From Chrysomallon squamiferum (lineage: Eukaryota; Animalia; Mollusca): DNA of 64,000 nt. The stretch covers positions 16,244,001 through 16,308,000 of the forward strand of contig CM022674.1 in assembly GCA_012295275.1 (NCBI GenBank), given 5' to 3'. The notes beneath the pieces are model-generated. The model saw only the letters and a program-made list of their open reading frames with translations, had not been told where the DNA came from and did no database searches. Below, one piece after another: positions 1 to 16,022 of this stretch (within the stretch, counting starts at the first letter, position 1; the number at the start of each line of letters is the position of its first letter). A program made the position numbers and the translations under genes.

Positions 1-116
1 CAGGAGCAAAATAATCCTGAACAAAAGAATCTGCTGTTCCGTAATAAAATAATAATGATGATAATTATGATGATGATGATCGTATAAATATGGACAAGGA
101 GTACTACTACTACTAG

Positions 117-171
<55 letters not shown>

Positions 172-172
172 G

Positions 173-220
<48 letters not shown>

Positions 221-316
221 TTAATAATAACAATAATAATGGCAATAACAATAATAATCATAATCATAATCAGTACTCAAAAATAATTACGATGATGGTA
301 ATAAAAGGATGGATAG

Positions 317-356
<40 letters not shown>

Positions 357-2808
357 CATAACAACAACAACAATGATAAAACCAATAATTAAGAAAGAAA
401 ATGATGTCTGACATTTCATTAATTTAAAATGTTTATAATGTCGTTTTATATTTGTCTTTTACTCCTTTCTTTCATCCAATCTTGTTATTCGTTCACTGTT
501 TATATAATTACAGTACCTGACCTGTATAGGACAGTATTGTCAATAAAATCATAAAACAAAGAAGTTTTCTGAAATATTCTTAATACATTAATAGGTTAAT
601 AATGTGTTCATTTATCAGCAATGGGGAACACCTTCAAGCAGGCGGTTTCGATCTCTGAAACTTTGTGGTTCTTTTTGATCAAACTACTGCGTTTAAGGGC
701 TTCAACATCGTATAAGGGAGGTAAGTCTCACAGTCATATTTGGTGAAATAGCAAAGTTCTCGTTCTTAATGAGCTGACAATTATTAGTAGAAGAATACTG
801 ACAAATAATAATAATGATAATACAAATAATAACACCAATAATAGCAAATATTATGTGTATTAAAATATATATATATATATAAATCGGGTAAATTATATTA
901 AATTTGTCTTTAAATCTATAACCCAATCACATCGAGTTTAAATAAAATAAATCATATCGCTTGACTATTTTTCCTTTTATATATTCCATAACTTTGCTTT
1001 AGTTGTTTTATTTTTTGAATTATACAGCACTATACCAAGTGGGAAATATAGGCTCGATTGGAATAAACGATATAATTAAGCAATTGTGGACGAATACATA
1101 TCATGAATATTTTAACTGTACAAGTAAATGTAGTGTCTATCATGTACTTACAAGTAACACAAAGTAGTTTCAGTTATTTGCATTTATTTATCTGTGTTTT
1201 TATCTGTATTATTATTTACGAAGCATTTTTAAAAAATATTAATACTTTATGTTAAAGACCCACATTGATCATCCTACACTATCAAAAATATTAATAACCA
1301 GAATGTCCGTGTTCGGCTGAAGGGCTAGGATTTCAGTAGGTAAATAAGCCAGTTAACACTCCATAATACTAATACTAATAGTAATACTAATATTATTATT
1401 ATTATTACAGTCACTGTTTTCTATATTTTTGAGACTCGTGTGTAAAAATGGGTACATCCGGTAAGGGTGGAATTAATTTAGTTTGAAATAAAAGATGTAA
1501 AATGTAGATTTCAGATATTTAGTGTTGAAATAAAAGAAGAAAAATATATATTTTAGAAATAAAATTATTTTGAAAACAAAATGGTGGCAAATGCTGTATT
1601 CCTAACCTTAACACTAATCCTTAACCTAGCTCAATTTCTAAACTTAATCCATTGGAAATTCGCAACATGAGTTTTTTCCCTTACGCTAACTCCAATCGTG
1701 ACCCCCAAATTATTTTGCACATTATAAGATCACTAATGATAATATTTTAATCATCCAAACTCTAACCCAAACACAAACCCTAACCCTAACCCCAACCATA
1801 AACGTAGCTCAACTTCTAAACCTAATCCTACGCAGGTCCGGAACATGAATTCTTACCCTTTCGCTACTTCAACTTGACTCACACATTATTTTGCACATGA
1901 TGCTAACACTAGTGATGAAATTTAAACAACCCTAGGTCTAGCCCTAACCCTAACCCTAACCCTTATCCAAACCCTAACCCTAACCTTAACCCTATCTCAA
2001 TTTCTAAATTTAATCCTACGGAATTCCGCCACATTAATTCTTACCCTTACGCTAATTCGAATCGTGACCTCAAATTAGTTTGCACATTATTAGATGATTA
2101 ATGATACAGTTTTAATAATCCTAGCTCTAACCCTAACCCTAAATCTATCCCTAACCTTAACCGTATCTCAATTTCAAAGTTCAATCCTACGGAAGTCCGC
2201 ATCTTTTATTGTTAGCCTTACGCTACTTCCAATCGTGACCCCAAATCATTTTGCATTAACACTAATGATAAAATTTAAATGATCCTAGCTCTAACCCTAA
2301 CCTTAACCCTGACCCTAACGTTACCCCAAATTATTTTGCATATTATCATAAAACTAATGATAAAATTTAAATGATCCTAGCTCTAACCCTAACCCTAACC
2401 GTAGCTTAACATCCAAACCTAATCCTATGGAGGTTGGGAACATTAATTCTTACGCTCACTCTAATTCAAATCGTTACCCTCAGTTTATTTTGGACATTAT
2501 CATAACACTAAAAATAAAATTTAAATGACTCCAGCTCTAACTCTAACCCTAACCCTAATCCTAGGTGAAGTTGCAAACCTAATCCTACCCACGTCCTCAA
2601 TATTAATTCTTACTCTAACTCTACTTTGAGTGGTGACTCTGATATTACTTTGCACATTATCACAACACTTATAATAAAATTACAATAACCCTTCCTCTAT
2701 CCCTAATCCTAACCCTAACCCAAACACAAACCCTAACCCTAACCCCAACCATAAACGTAGCTCAACTTCTAAACCTAATCCTACGCAGGTCCGGAACATG
2801 AATTCTTA
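1..2808 (+). repeat. Segmental duplicate (or uncollapsed haplotype) of 24571-~27560
   Basis: Position 1 'caggagcaaaataatcctgaacaaaa' recurs at ~24572. The two blocks stay colinear and nearly identical by eye, differing mainly in microsatellite lengths, through to the TAACCC satellite. Confidence 0.92.
1600..2808. repeat. Satellite with ~180-190 bp monomers containing (TAACCC)n telomere-like tracts
   Basis: Recurring unit: ctctaaccctaaccctaacc...tagctcaatttctaaac.taatcctacgga..tccgcaacattaattcttacccttacgcta...aatcgtgacc.caaattattttgcacattat. The array runs into the gap. Confidence 0.9.
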
Positions 2809-3008
2809 NNNNNNNNNNNNNNNNNNNNNNNNNNNNNNNNNNNNNNNNNNNNNNNNNNNNNNNNNNNNNNNNNNNNNNNNNNNNNNNNNNNNNNNNNNNN
2901 NNNNNNNNNNNNNNNNNNNNNNNNNNNNNNNNNNNNNNNNNNNNNNNNNNNNNNNNNNNNNNNNNNNNNNNNNNNNNNNNNNNNNNNNNNNNNNNNNNNN
3001 NNNNNNNN
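2809..3008. other. Assembly gap (200 N)
   Basis: Run of N. It truncates the last exon of the PARP gene. Confidence 1.
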
Positions 3009-3351
3009 TGGATTCTTTACATCATCGACACAAGAATCATAAAGAACATGTCCTTTCCTAGAAGGAGGCCGGCAGTAGGAACTTTCACCTTTCGCATACT
3101 GTCCTACAAGAACCTTAGAAATGAACATGTAGCGAAGTGATCCTGTGGTGTAGCAGTGGCTGTATTTGGCATCTCGGGCAAAATAAGCCCCCTTTCCGTA
3201 CGATGTTCCATGTTTGCCGTTCAGTCTGAAATCGATGTTGTTGTGACAGATTCCACGTATGACGCTGACGTCATCACTGGTTCCATGAAAGAGAAATCTT
3301 TCGTTAATATCTCCTTCATCATCTCTGTTCATCAACATTACTTCTCTCATA
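3009..3351 (-). CDS. PARP catalytic (ART) exon, 3' end lost in gap
   Basis: ORF 2781..3350 gives FHGT (catalytic His) and YGKGAYFA (Tyr). Acceptor tttgcag at 3352-3358. The third catalytic-triad residue falls in the gap. Confidence 0.92.
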
Positions 3352-4453
3352 CTGCAAAGAAAAAAAAAAAAAAAAAAGATTTAATGTTTTTCATTTCGTT
3401 ACAATTTATTTGATAGTAACTGAACTATAGTATTTGATTACTTTTCTACAATACTAGTGGTCGAAGATATTTTTACATATCGCTCTTTCAGTACAGTGAT
3501 TAATTTTCATTCCGCAATAAATGCATGGCAAATATTTATTTCACAAAACTACTGATACATTTTCTATCATCAATATTTGGATATCAATTTATAAAGATTT
3601 ATTTTTTCTGATTGTTTATTTGTTGTTGTACATATTGAAGAATCTTCTATTGCTAGCTGTTGGAAATCTATTTTGTTGTTTCCAACACTACTGAAGCAAA
3701 TAAAATAGCTACCATTTGCAATTGTAAATCAATAATTTATTTAATTAGTTCTTGAAAATATTAATTAAATATCTATCACTGATTATTTATTTAACGAGAA
3801 CATACTGTTTAAATATCTGTCATTGATTATTTATTTAATGAGTATATGCCGATTAAATATCTGTCACTGATAATTTACTTAGTAACTATATACTGAATAA
3901 ATACAAAAACCTCTATACAAAAACTTAGAATAAACATTTATGAAAAAATGCAACTTTAGTCTTTTTCATGCTATATTTTCTTATTAATTACGACTAGATG
4001 ACAAAACATTACTACTAATAATAATAAGATCAACAATACCGATAACAATAACAATAAACACATAAATAAAAAAATAAATAAATATCTTGAAGTATGCAGA
4101 ATATAGTTAGGCTGTTTTTTTCTTTTTTGTATTACCTAAATGTACGCAGTATCATAAAATAGGCATTCCTACCTACAGTATTTTTTCCACAGTTGTAGAT
4201 TTCGGATGCGAAATAAATATTTCAATATTACTTTCGATTTATTCATGGTAGAAAAAAATAACTTCATCACGGTTTTCATCTCCTCATCTTTGATGATGCC
4301 GTCAAACTCTATTTTTACCATTTCTACTGGCTGGCAACAGTCTAGAGGCCACCAGTTGTCTGGGAGAATTGCAGAACATACAGGCTTCTTGGATGAAAGA
4401 CATGGGTGGGATCTGCATTTTGTTATACCAAAACAAATAAGTAAATAAATTAT

Positions 4454-4575
<122 letters not shown>

Positions 4576-6179
4576 TAAAAATGATACGGAAAGCAGAAAT
4601 AAAGTTTTGTAGAAATAAAGAACTAGGATAATGAGATATCGCATAATGATATAAAATATTTTAGAAAGAATCTAAAATCAGGATTTAATCCAAAAGTATT
4701 GTTCTTATATACTATTTTTCTACTTACAATATTTTTTGTCTCTGTACATCATCAATGGAAACAAAAGAAGGTCTCCTCAGAAGTCGTCTTTGTTTTAATG
4801 TTTTCAGATTTGTTTGAGTCATCTCGCTAAAATTTATTTCATACTGAAACTGGTCTGTTTCGAAGTTATAAAATGGTTGCCCAGCCAAATACTTCAGTTC
4901 AAGAGTATACTGCAGATTTTCCTATAATAAACACCAAATGCTATTTTTAAAAATAATATTAGAGTATGTTACGTGTTAGGTAATGTCAGGTTACATGATG
5001 TTATGTGATATGTATGATATGTATGTATGCAATGGATACAACAGATCCTTTTTATTTGATAACTAATAATATATAAGAAACACAATGTTCTAGGCATTAA
5101 CATGAACATTTTTATTTCTTTGTTTAAAACTATGTTTTATAAAGTTTGATTTCGCCCACATAAAACAAATTCTTTAAATATCACACATCTTTCATACATA
5201 AAATGTTAAGGAGTTTTGTTTTTGTTTTTCATTCTTTATTTGGAGCAGTTGTAAATAGAAAAATAAAAAATAAAAAGTAGTTCTACAACGAAATAAAGTG
5301 AACATTCACTGGTTCATAAGGCAGCCAATTTCCGAAGCCTGCACCAAAATACCAACACCACTGTGTCAGCTGTGTGAAGTTGTCTTCTTGTCCAGTGACA
5401 TACGATGGTGTCGAAAGACGCTGAACTTTGACCTCGAGGTTTCTCGGTTGCAAGGAAATGGATGCGGTCATTAAGACAAAATCAACAACAACTGGAACGA
5501 ACTTACTGGCCACTGAACACTGAAAAAAGTGTACATATAACTGTACTATTACTTTTTGTACCCCTACTAATAATTTACTAAGTGTGTGTCTGTGTGTGTG
5601 TTAGTAGGATTAACAGTCATAACATTCTTATATATTGTTGTGAAGTAGTAAGTATTAAAAGTAGTAGATGAATATTAATAAAACAAGAGTTCAAATCTTC
5701 GATAGCTTAATCAACTATTATTTTTCAAAGGATTTTTGATACGTACATTTTCATCACGAGAAGAGATTGTCGCACTGGTCAGAATAGGACCCAACGAGGA
5801 CTGATCCAGTGGCCAATAACTTCTCAAGGATGTACTTTGAAACAAAACAACAGCAAAGTAAGATTCAGATATGTGACTGTTATTAAAACTTATACTTTAT
5901 TACACATAAATAAAATTCAAATTATCGCTTCTGGTTGTTTTTAACTCACCTCTATATTTCCTGTGTCTGACTTCAGACTACAAAAACACTGCTCGATCAT
6001 CTCATTCTCCACTATGTCAAAGTTCACCCATTTCTCACAAATCTCCATCTGCCACTGGTAAGGTAGATATCTTTGTTTGCGGGTATTTGAATGTATTACA
6101 CACTGAGTCCATACACATTTCTCACAAAGCAGACCTTCTATTTCATTGTTGTAATTCATTATTCCAAGGCTGTCATTCA

Positions 6180-7740
6180 CATCAAGTTGTTGCTGGTGTG
6201 AAACTTGTACCAGATCTGCTTTCATTTTCACATCAAGTTGTTTCTGCTGTGACGGTTGAGGTGGGTCTGCTTTTACTTGTACATCAAGTTGTTTATTCTG
6301 TGAAACTTGTACTGGGTCTGTTTTTACTTTGATATCATGTTGTTTCTGCTGTGAAATGTGAGTTATATCTGGATCTACTTTCGCTTTCAGCTCAAGGTGT
6401 TTCTGTTTTATAGTTTGAGGTGGATCCGCTTTCACTTTTACATCAAATGATTTCTGCTGTAAAAATTGTATTGGATCCGTTTTAATGTTCACGGCAAATC
6501 GTTTCTGCTTTTAAATTTGAGGTGTATCTGGATTCAGTTTGACATCAATCTGTTTCTGTTGTGATCGTTTTGCTGGATCAGGTTTGACTTTCACATCAAG
6601 TCGTTTCTGCTGTGAAACTTGTATTGGATCTACTTTCATTTTCACATCAAATTCTTTCTGGTGCGAAACCTGTACTGGAACTACTTTCACTTTCACATTA
6701 ATTTGTGTCTGCTGTGAAACTTGTACTGGATCTGCTTTTACTTTCGGATTAAGATGTGTGTGCTGTGAAGCTTGTACTGGATCTGCTTTTACTTTTACAT
6801 CTTGTTGTTTCTGCTATGAAACCTGTGATGGATCTACTTTTACTTTCGCAACAATTTGTCTCTGCTGCGAAATCTGTACTGGGTCTGCTTTGATTTTTAC
6901 ATCAAGTTGTTTGTTCTGTGAAATTTGAGGTGGATCTGATTTCACATTCATTTCAAATTGTTTCTTCTTTGAAACTTGTAGTGGATCTGCTTCCATTTTC
7001 ACATCAAGTTGTGTCTGCTGTGAAACTTGTACTGGGTCTGTTTCCATTTTCACATTAAGTTGTTTCTGGTGTGAAGCTTGTACTGGATCTGCTTTTACTT
7101 TCAAAGTAAATTGTTTCTGCTGTGAAACCTGTACTGGATCTGCTTCCACTTTGACATCAATTTGTCTCTGCTGCGAAATCTGTACTGGGTCTGCTTTGAT
7201 TTTGACATCAAGTTGTTTGTGCTGTGAAACTTGTAATGGGTCTGCTTTTACTTTCACATCAAGCTGTTTCTGCTGTGAAGCTTCTACTGCATCTGCTTTT
7301 ACTTTTACATCTTGTTGTTTCTGCTGCGAAATCTGGGCTGGGTCTGCTTCCAGTTTTACGTTACCTTGTTTTTGCTGTGAAACTTGTACTGGATCTGCTT
7401 TTACTTTTATATCCTGTTGTTTTTACTGTGAAACCTGACCTGGATCTGCTTCCACTTTTACATTACCTTGTTTCTCCAGTGAATCTTGTACTGGATCTAC
7501 TTCCAGTTTCACATCAAGTTGTTTCTGGTGTGAATCTTGTACTGGATATTCTTTCACTTTCATATTAAATTGTTTCTGCTGTGAAATTTGAGGCGTATCT
7601 GGTTTTAGTTTCATATCAGGTTGTTTCTGCTGTGACACTTGTACTGGATGTGCTTTCAGTTTTAAGTCAAGTTGTTTCTGTTGTGAAATTCGAGGTGGAT
7701 CAGCGTTCACCTTCATATCAAGTTGTTTCTGCTGTGAATG
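6180..7740 (-). repeat. Coding tandem repeat, 51 bp / 17 aa, about 30 copies, consensus LDVKVKADPVQVSQQKQ
   Basis: 51-nt period (e.g. ggatctgct at 7136, gggtctgct at 7187). Seen in ORFs 7423..8097, 6814..7257, 6511..6696 and 5941..6492, which all share one frame. Confidence 0.93.
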
Positions 7741-9906
7741 TGCCAGGCTTGTTTTTACAGTTGATACGGGTGTGGTCCTCTCTATACCCCTGATTCCTTT
7801 CTTTGGTGTTGTGCTCTCATCCGAAGGTTTGCAGTCATATGAACCTTTTCTTTCATTCTGTTGATAATTCTCATTAAATTTCCAAAGAAGCATCTGTTCA
7901 AGTATGCTAACTCTATAGTGATTCATGTAAAACATTATAAGGACCCACTGGTTGTGACGAGATGACTTGATGTAATGATGTAAGCCACACATGTTACTGC
8001 AGCCCTCTTTTCTACAGACATGAATGAGTGGACAATATTTATCATGTTTGATGCCATCCTGATATTTTTCACACCATTCAGGGGTGCTGCATCTCACAAC
8101 GTTGGCAATGTCCTTATTTTATAAAAGTCCCAAACCTATCTGCTCAATGCGATTCTTATTTCTCTCGTCAAAAAAATTATGTGAAAGACACTGACCAGTG
8201 CAGCGTTTACACTGACCTAGCACAAACTGTGTACATATGTGAAGAAACCTGCAGTATTTCTTTCTACACTGACAAGTATTGTAATAGTAACACATTCTGG
8301 CATATCTTGAGAACACAGAAACAAATTTAATTTTGCTATCCTTTGTGAAAAGCAAAAAGTGTTTGCTATATTTATAAAACCATGAAACACGTTTAGCTTC
8401 TACAGGAAGACTGGTTTCTTTCATCAGATTCGAGATCTCTGCACGTCCATTACATTTTTCAAGAAGAATGTTGAACACTTTGTTAATAATTTCATTTTCC
8501 TTCTCCTGGTCCGCATTATCATCATGTTTAAGGTTATCCAAATTTGCATTAGTTGAGGAAGAACAGAGACTTGATAGTGATTTTTTTCTTCCAGTTAAAC
8601 CTGTACTGCTGACATCTGTGTTATCTTTGAATATAATTCCTTCTTTTGTCACTGTTGTTTCCTCTTTTTCTGGTTCTTGGTGTTTGACATGTTTTCTACG
8701 TCGCCGTCTTCTGTTGGATTGTTTGGGTGTATAAACTTCTGAACCGTCATGATCATCACTGCCAGACTCTGCAGTAGCTGTCGAGAATAAACTAGTCTGT
8801 GAAACTGTTCTTTGTTTTAACCTTTGGTCAGTCTGAAAACTGTCTGTCAGATTACCTCTGCTAGGCTTTTCACGTGGTCCTCTTTTCTCCATATCTGTTT
8901 CTTGTGTTGCTTTATTAGAATCACTTATTTTTCCTCTACCTCTATATAAACCGTCGTTTTCTCTACACCTAGCATCTCGACATTCCCTGTTTTTTGAATG
9001 TTCCAATGTTTTCAAAATTTCCTCTTCACCTGCTCCTTCGTATGTTCTAGAAAATAGTGTAGTCTGTAACACTGACCTTCGTTCTAAATATCTATGCACT
9101 TTGTCAGGTTCTGGAAAATCATTTTTGTAACGTCATCAACTTGTTTCAAAGGCATTAGTATCATGAAATTCATCAAAATAAACATAGTTCTGAAATAACA
9201 TTTAACATTCAATCAGTATTTTCTCTGAAATCTTCACAACCTGTGGCATTTTCATCATTAAATATAAATATGGCTCGTTTTAAAAAAATACCTTTAACAG
9301 TGAATTATAAAAAGTTAGGTCAGTTTGAGTTCTATTTGTAAAATTCTATCTGCTAAGCATTACAGCTGTTTCTTCTACATGATTAAATCCACTAAAAATA
9401 AAATTATGAATATAAAATATACAATCGATATTTAAAAGTTAATAAGATTCCCTCGTTCTTAAAAAAGACAAAAAAGAAAAATAATATAAAGAAAGAAAAA
9501 ATAATACTAAATAAAAAAAAAAGATAAATAATGTGAGTATAAATAACTAAAGAAAAAATATAATAATAGCTCAGACGTGCGATAGTAGTCCTACTTATTA
9601 GAGTTTGCAGAATACTGCACATGTTACGTTCTTATTGTTTATCTTTACATGGACTTCGGACCTGTACTCCCAGGTCAACCTAACACGACAACGACAGCAG
9701 TAATCATGTCTCCTGTACTGTATCCATATTGATACCAAAGTATATATATATATAAGATGAAAAATAATAAGCACAACAATGTAATCATTCTAAACAGCAT
9801 TAAGTTTCACATAAATGTAGGCAGATTTCTCCATGCCCGTGCTGACATCGATATGCGGCCAGGTCCTTCATGTAGAGAGGGCGTAAAATAACAACAGCAG
9901 CAGCAG

Positions 9907-9937
<31 letters not shown>

Positions 9938-9974
9938 AATAATAATATGTATACGTACCATGATTTCAGATTAT

Positions 9975-10164
9975 TCTTACCATGATGTTATCGTGTGATA
10001 TGATCAGTCAGCATAATAAACACATAAATGTCCTGACGTACTTATATCTTCAGAAAATCAGTTCACCTGATCTGTTAGAAGTTTCTACTTTCATTTGTTG
10101 TTGACAACCATTCTTTGTTTTTGCAATAGGATTAATTAATTCCAGCACTGAAATCGTTGGTAAA
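9975..10164. promoter_or_regulatory. Short intergenic region between divergent PARP-like (-) and PAN-FReD (+) genes; putative PARP exon 1/promoter
   Basis: 9975-10110 is homologous to 23899-24020 upstream of PARP copy 2. It contains a donor-like gtaaga after ATG on the minus strand and an ISRE-like agtttctactttca at ~10080-10093. FReD ATG is at 10165. Confidence 0.45.
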
Positions 10165-12575
<2,411 letters not shown>

Positions 12576-14624
12576 AAGTGTAATGAAAATTCGACCATCT
12601 TCTCCTTTGAACTTAAAGTGCTTTCTCACTGGAAATGAGACAGTAGTATTCGCCTAATGAATATTAATTGATCACAGGAGATATAAAATAAAAATAAAGG
12701 AAGAGAAAAAAATTCCATTTTAAAGGATGTTTTATAGTCTATATATTGAAACTCATAACGAAAAACAATATATTTAAAAAAAAGGTTGAATTGTTTATTT
12801 TATTTTGTGTTGGTAGTTTATTTGAAAGTATTTTATTTATTACTTAAATTTGTAAGTTATGTCTTTGCAAATGGTTTATAAATGTTACTTTTCAACGTAC
12901 CTTTTGAAACTTTTAAAATCTGAATATATGAACTACTATTTCTGAAGCAGTTACAGAACGTAAATTTGTAAACTGTATTCTAGAAGCAGTTCCTGAATGT
13001 AAATATAGCAATGGTCTTTGAAAACAGTTGTTAAATGTGACTTAATAATTGTTGTTTTTGGAAAGTACTAGAAATGTAGATTTACATAAACAATAGTTGT
13101 TGTATTTGATAAGACATGTATTCGTGTTTTGGATAAAGATAAATTTAAAATACTATTTTAAACAATATGAATTATTACTGATATCTAAAAGTTTTGCCAC
13201 ATAACTGTGTATTGATTATAAGGATTTATCCCAGCTTCATTCGTGCTTGTTTTTTGTGACTCTGTGTAAAAAAAAACATGTAGTATGTGTTGTATACTGT
13301 ATAAACAGTTTGTAAATAATTCCTCGCTGCTGATATAAAAATGTATTTTGTGAATGTAAAACTATTTGAAATTTCTATCAGTTTTGACTCTAGATTTGAA
13401 AATATTTCGTATTATCCCTTTAATGGAAATAAAATAATTTGTTATTATTTATTTACTAGTATTATTTATTTATTTGCCTGTTTCTTTGTTTGTTTGTTTG
13501 TTTGTTTATCTATTTTTCATTAGCAATTTATCGTTCATGATTTCTTATATTTTACATTTGAATATTCAAAAAGAAATATGATAAAAGAAATATTTTACAT
13601 TTCTCCATACATAATACATAATTCAAATAATTACTTTAATTTGCATATTTAAGTTATTGTTTCATTTTTACATTAGAATTGATAATATATTGTTATACTA
13701 CTAATAATACATATGCTTATTTATAATATTTCGCATTTGCATATTCATAAAAAAAAAAATAATAAAACATTGATTTTTTCTTATTAATAATATGTTATTA
13801 GATAGGGTTTTCCCTTCCATCTGTGAGGTCAAAATTGTCACTGAATGGGAAATAACTTAACTGTGATAAAACCAGATGAATTCCATTGTATTGGACCAAA
13901 GGTCACAAAGGTTTCAGGTTACCATTGAAATCCTGACTGATTTATCTGCCATTCAGTGTGTTAAGCTTATTCCTAATTTGCTACAATAATTATTGTTTTA
14001 CATTTTCATATTGATAATAATTATGATATAACAATTACTCTATTTATGTGCATTTTAAACTAAATGTAATTTGTTATTATTAAGATCATTTTATATTATA
14101 ATATTGATAATAATTATTGTTTTACATTTTCATACTGGTAATAATTATGATGTTTTAATTATTCTACATTTTAAATTAAATGTAATTTATTATTATAATG
14201 TGTATATCATATATGCTTATTAATAATAATTATGTTTGATGATTATTAATTTTCAATTAAATGTTTTTAATTATTATCAGTGAAATTAATTTCTAAATTT
14301 ACTCGAATAGTGTGCCCAGTACAGACATGATTGAACACTGACAACGGAAGAAAATTACAAACTGTTTACTCATTATTTTTTTCACTAATTTGTAAATTGT
14401 CTTTGATTTGTTTCTTTTAAAAAGGTCTGCTGCGAATTAAAAAAATATTTTTACTTTTGAATAGTTTTTTTTAATTATTATTATTATTATTGAATAATGG
14501 AGAGAAGGTGAATCTAATGTAAAATAAATATAGTTATTCAGAATATAGACAGCATGGATTTCAAACACAGACATGGATGAAGAACGTTTCCTCAGAATTC
14601 AGTGTAGAAAGTAGAACAAGAACA

Positions 14625-14677
<53 letters not shown>

Positions 14678-15304
14678 TGTGTGTATATATATATTTACAT
14701 ATACGTGCATATATATGTATGTATGTATGTATATGTATGTATATATAATATATATGTCTATGTACATGTAGAATATATATGTAGATACAGAAGAGCTTCA
14801 CTTTGCTCTTGCTGAGTTCTCACGATTATTATTCTACCTCTATAAAAATTAAATGTTCATCCTTGTTTCTTTTTTTATTATTTGACTCACAATATAATTA
14901 TATCACAGTAATAGTAGTGGCATAGAGATATAACATAGCCTTTCGTTTATCGTACGGCCCAGATATGAAGGTTGCATATAGATTTTCATGCTCACGGTGT
15001 AAATATTTTTTCCTATAGGTTAACAAACATATAATTTTGATAATTTTTCCATTATAACAGTTATAACACTAGCAAGAACAACACGAACAATAACAGTAAT
15101 AACAATAAATTAACAATAACAAAAATAATATAGTGCTAATACTAATGATACATTACGTTACATTAATATGTATGTATATGAGTGTGTGTGTGTGTGTGTG
15201 TGTATGTGTATATATATATATGCCCTAATACATAGCGAAGCAATAAACACATTTCCATACATACATACATACATACATACACACACAATAAAACTAATAA
15301 TATA

Positions 15305-16022
15305 CAGTATTCCCTCGCTATTCGCGAGGGTTACGTTCTTTATCCCCCCCCCGCGAATAGGAAAAACCGCGAATATTGGATGCAGTTTTAAAACGTCTGT
15401 TATGAGATTATATACGGTACTAAATGCTTCCCAAACACTTTCTAAAGACACTCTTACTCATTAATACAGTAATAATGTAGTAATATTGCATGCAGTTATG
15501 TATTTCACTAATGTAGTAATGATAATGTAAACGCATTTTAATTTTGTACTGAAACAATATTTTAATCAGAAAGAAACGTAAGTACAGGAGGACAGTAACA
15601 CCGCATAGCATAGTTACCCATACAGTACCGTAAAGTCATTTTCTATGCGTACAACATATGTATTAGAATTGACAGAAAGTGGAACAAATTTAAAGGCAAA
15701 CAGACAGATAAATACAGTACGCACAGTTCAGGTAATAATAATACAATTCAGTAATAATATGCAATTAAAAACATTATTAATACACGGTCACAAAAAATAT
15801 GCACTGTACATACTGTGTATGCATTTATAAAAAAAATACGTACTGTATTGCAATAATAATTGAAAAAAATTGATACTGTTTGTGCGGTTTACCGAGCATT
15901 TGTTTTTATGACGTTATGACGCTCGCCTGGTATACCAGCATACGATGCGATAGGGTTAAGAGCCTAACCCGCGAATATGCGGGGCCGCGAATGGGGAACC
16001 GCGAACAGGTGAGGGTATACTG
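15305..16022. mobile_element. Non-autonomous Tc1/mariner-superfamily (Tigger/pogo-like) MITE
   Basis: Left end ta|cagtattccctcgctattcgcg; the right end reverse-complements to cagtataccctcacctgttcgcg and is followed by ta. This gives ~23-bp TIRs starting CAG with a TA target duplication. No transposase ORF. Confidence 0.85.

Noticed and set aside
702-926. Hydrophobic 74-75 aa ORF present in both duplicates (also 25250-25477)
   Set aside because: Start codon not conserved, hydrophobicity comes from AT-rich simple repeats, and its recurrence is explained by recent duplication.
1600-2808. True chromosome telomere
   Set aside because: TAACCC tracts are short and embedded in a complex ~185-bp monomer, and the block recurs internally at 26.3-27.6 kb.
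6539-7438. Plus-strand Cys-rich ORFs (CCETCTGSAFTFTS repeats) resembling metallothionein or keratin-associated proteins
   Set aside because: They are the antisense shadow of the 51-bp PARP coding repeat (CAG/CAA codons read as ctg/tgc/tgt); no independent gene signals.
5950-9189. Alternative genetic code (TAA/TAG = Gln) or selenocysteine to explain the in-frame stops
   Set aside because: Neighbouring genes terminate normally at TAA. One TAA is at a Ser position, and the TGAs align to Gly/Trp in the paralogue rather than Cys.
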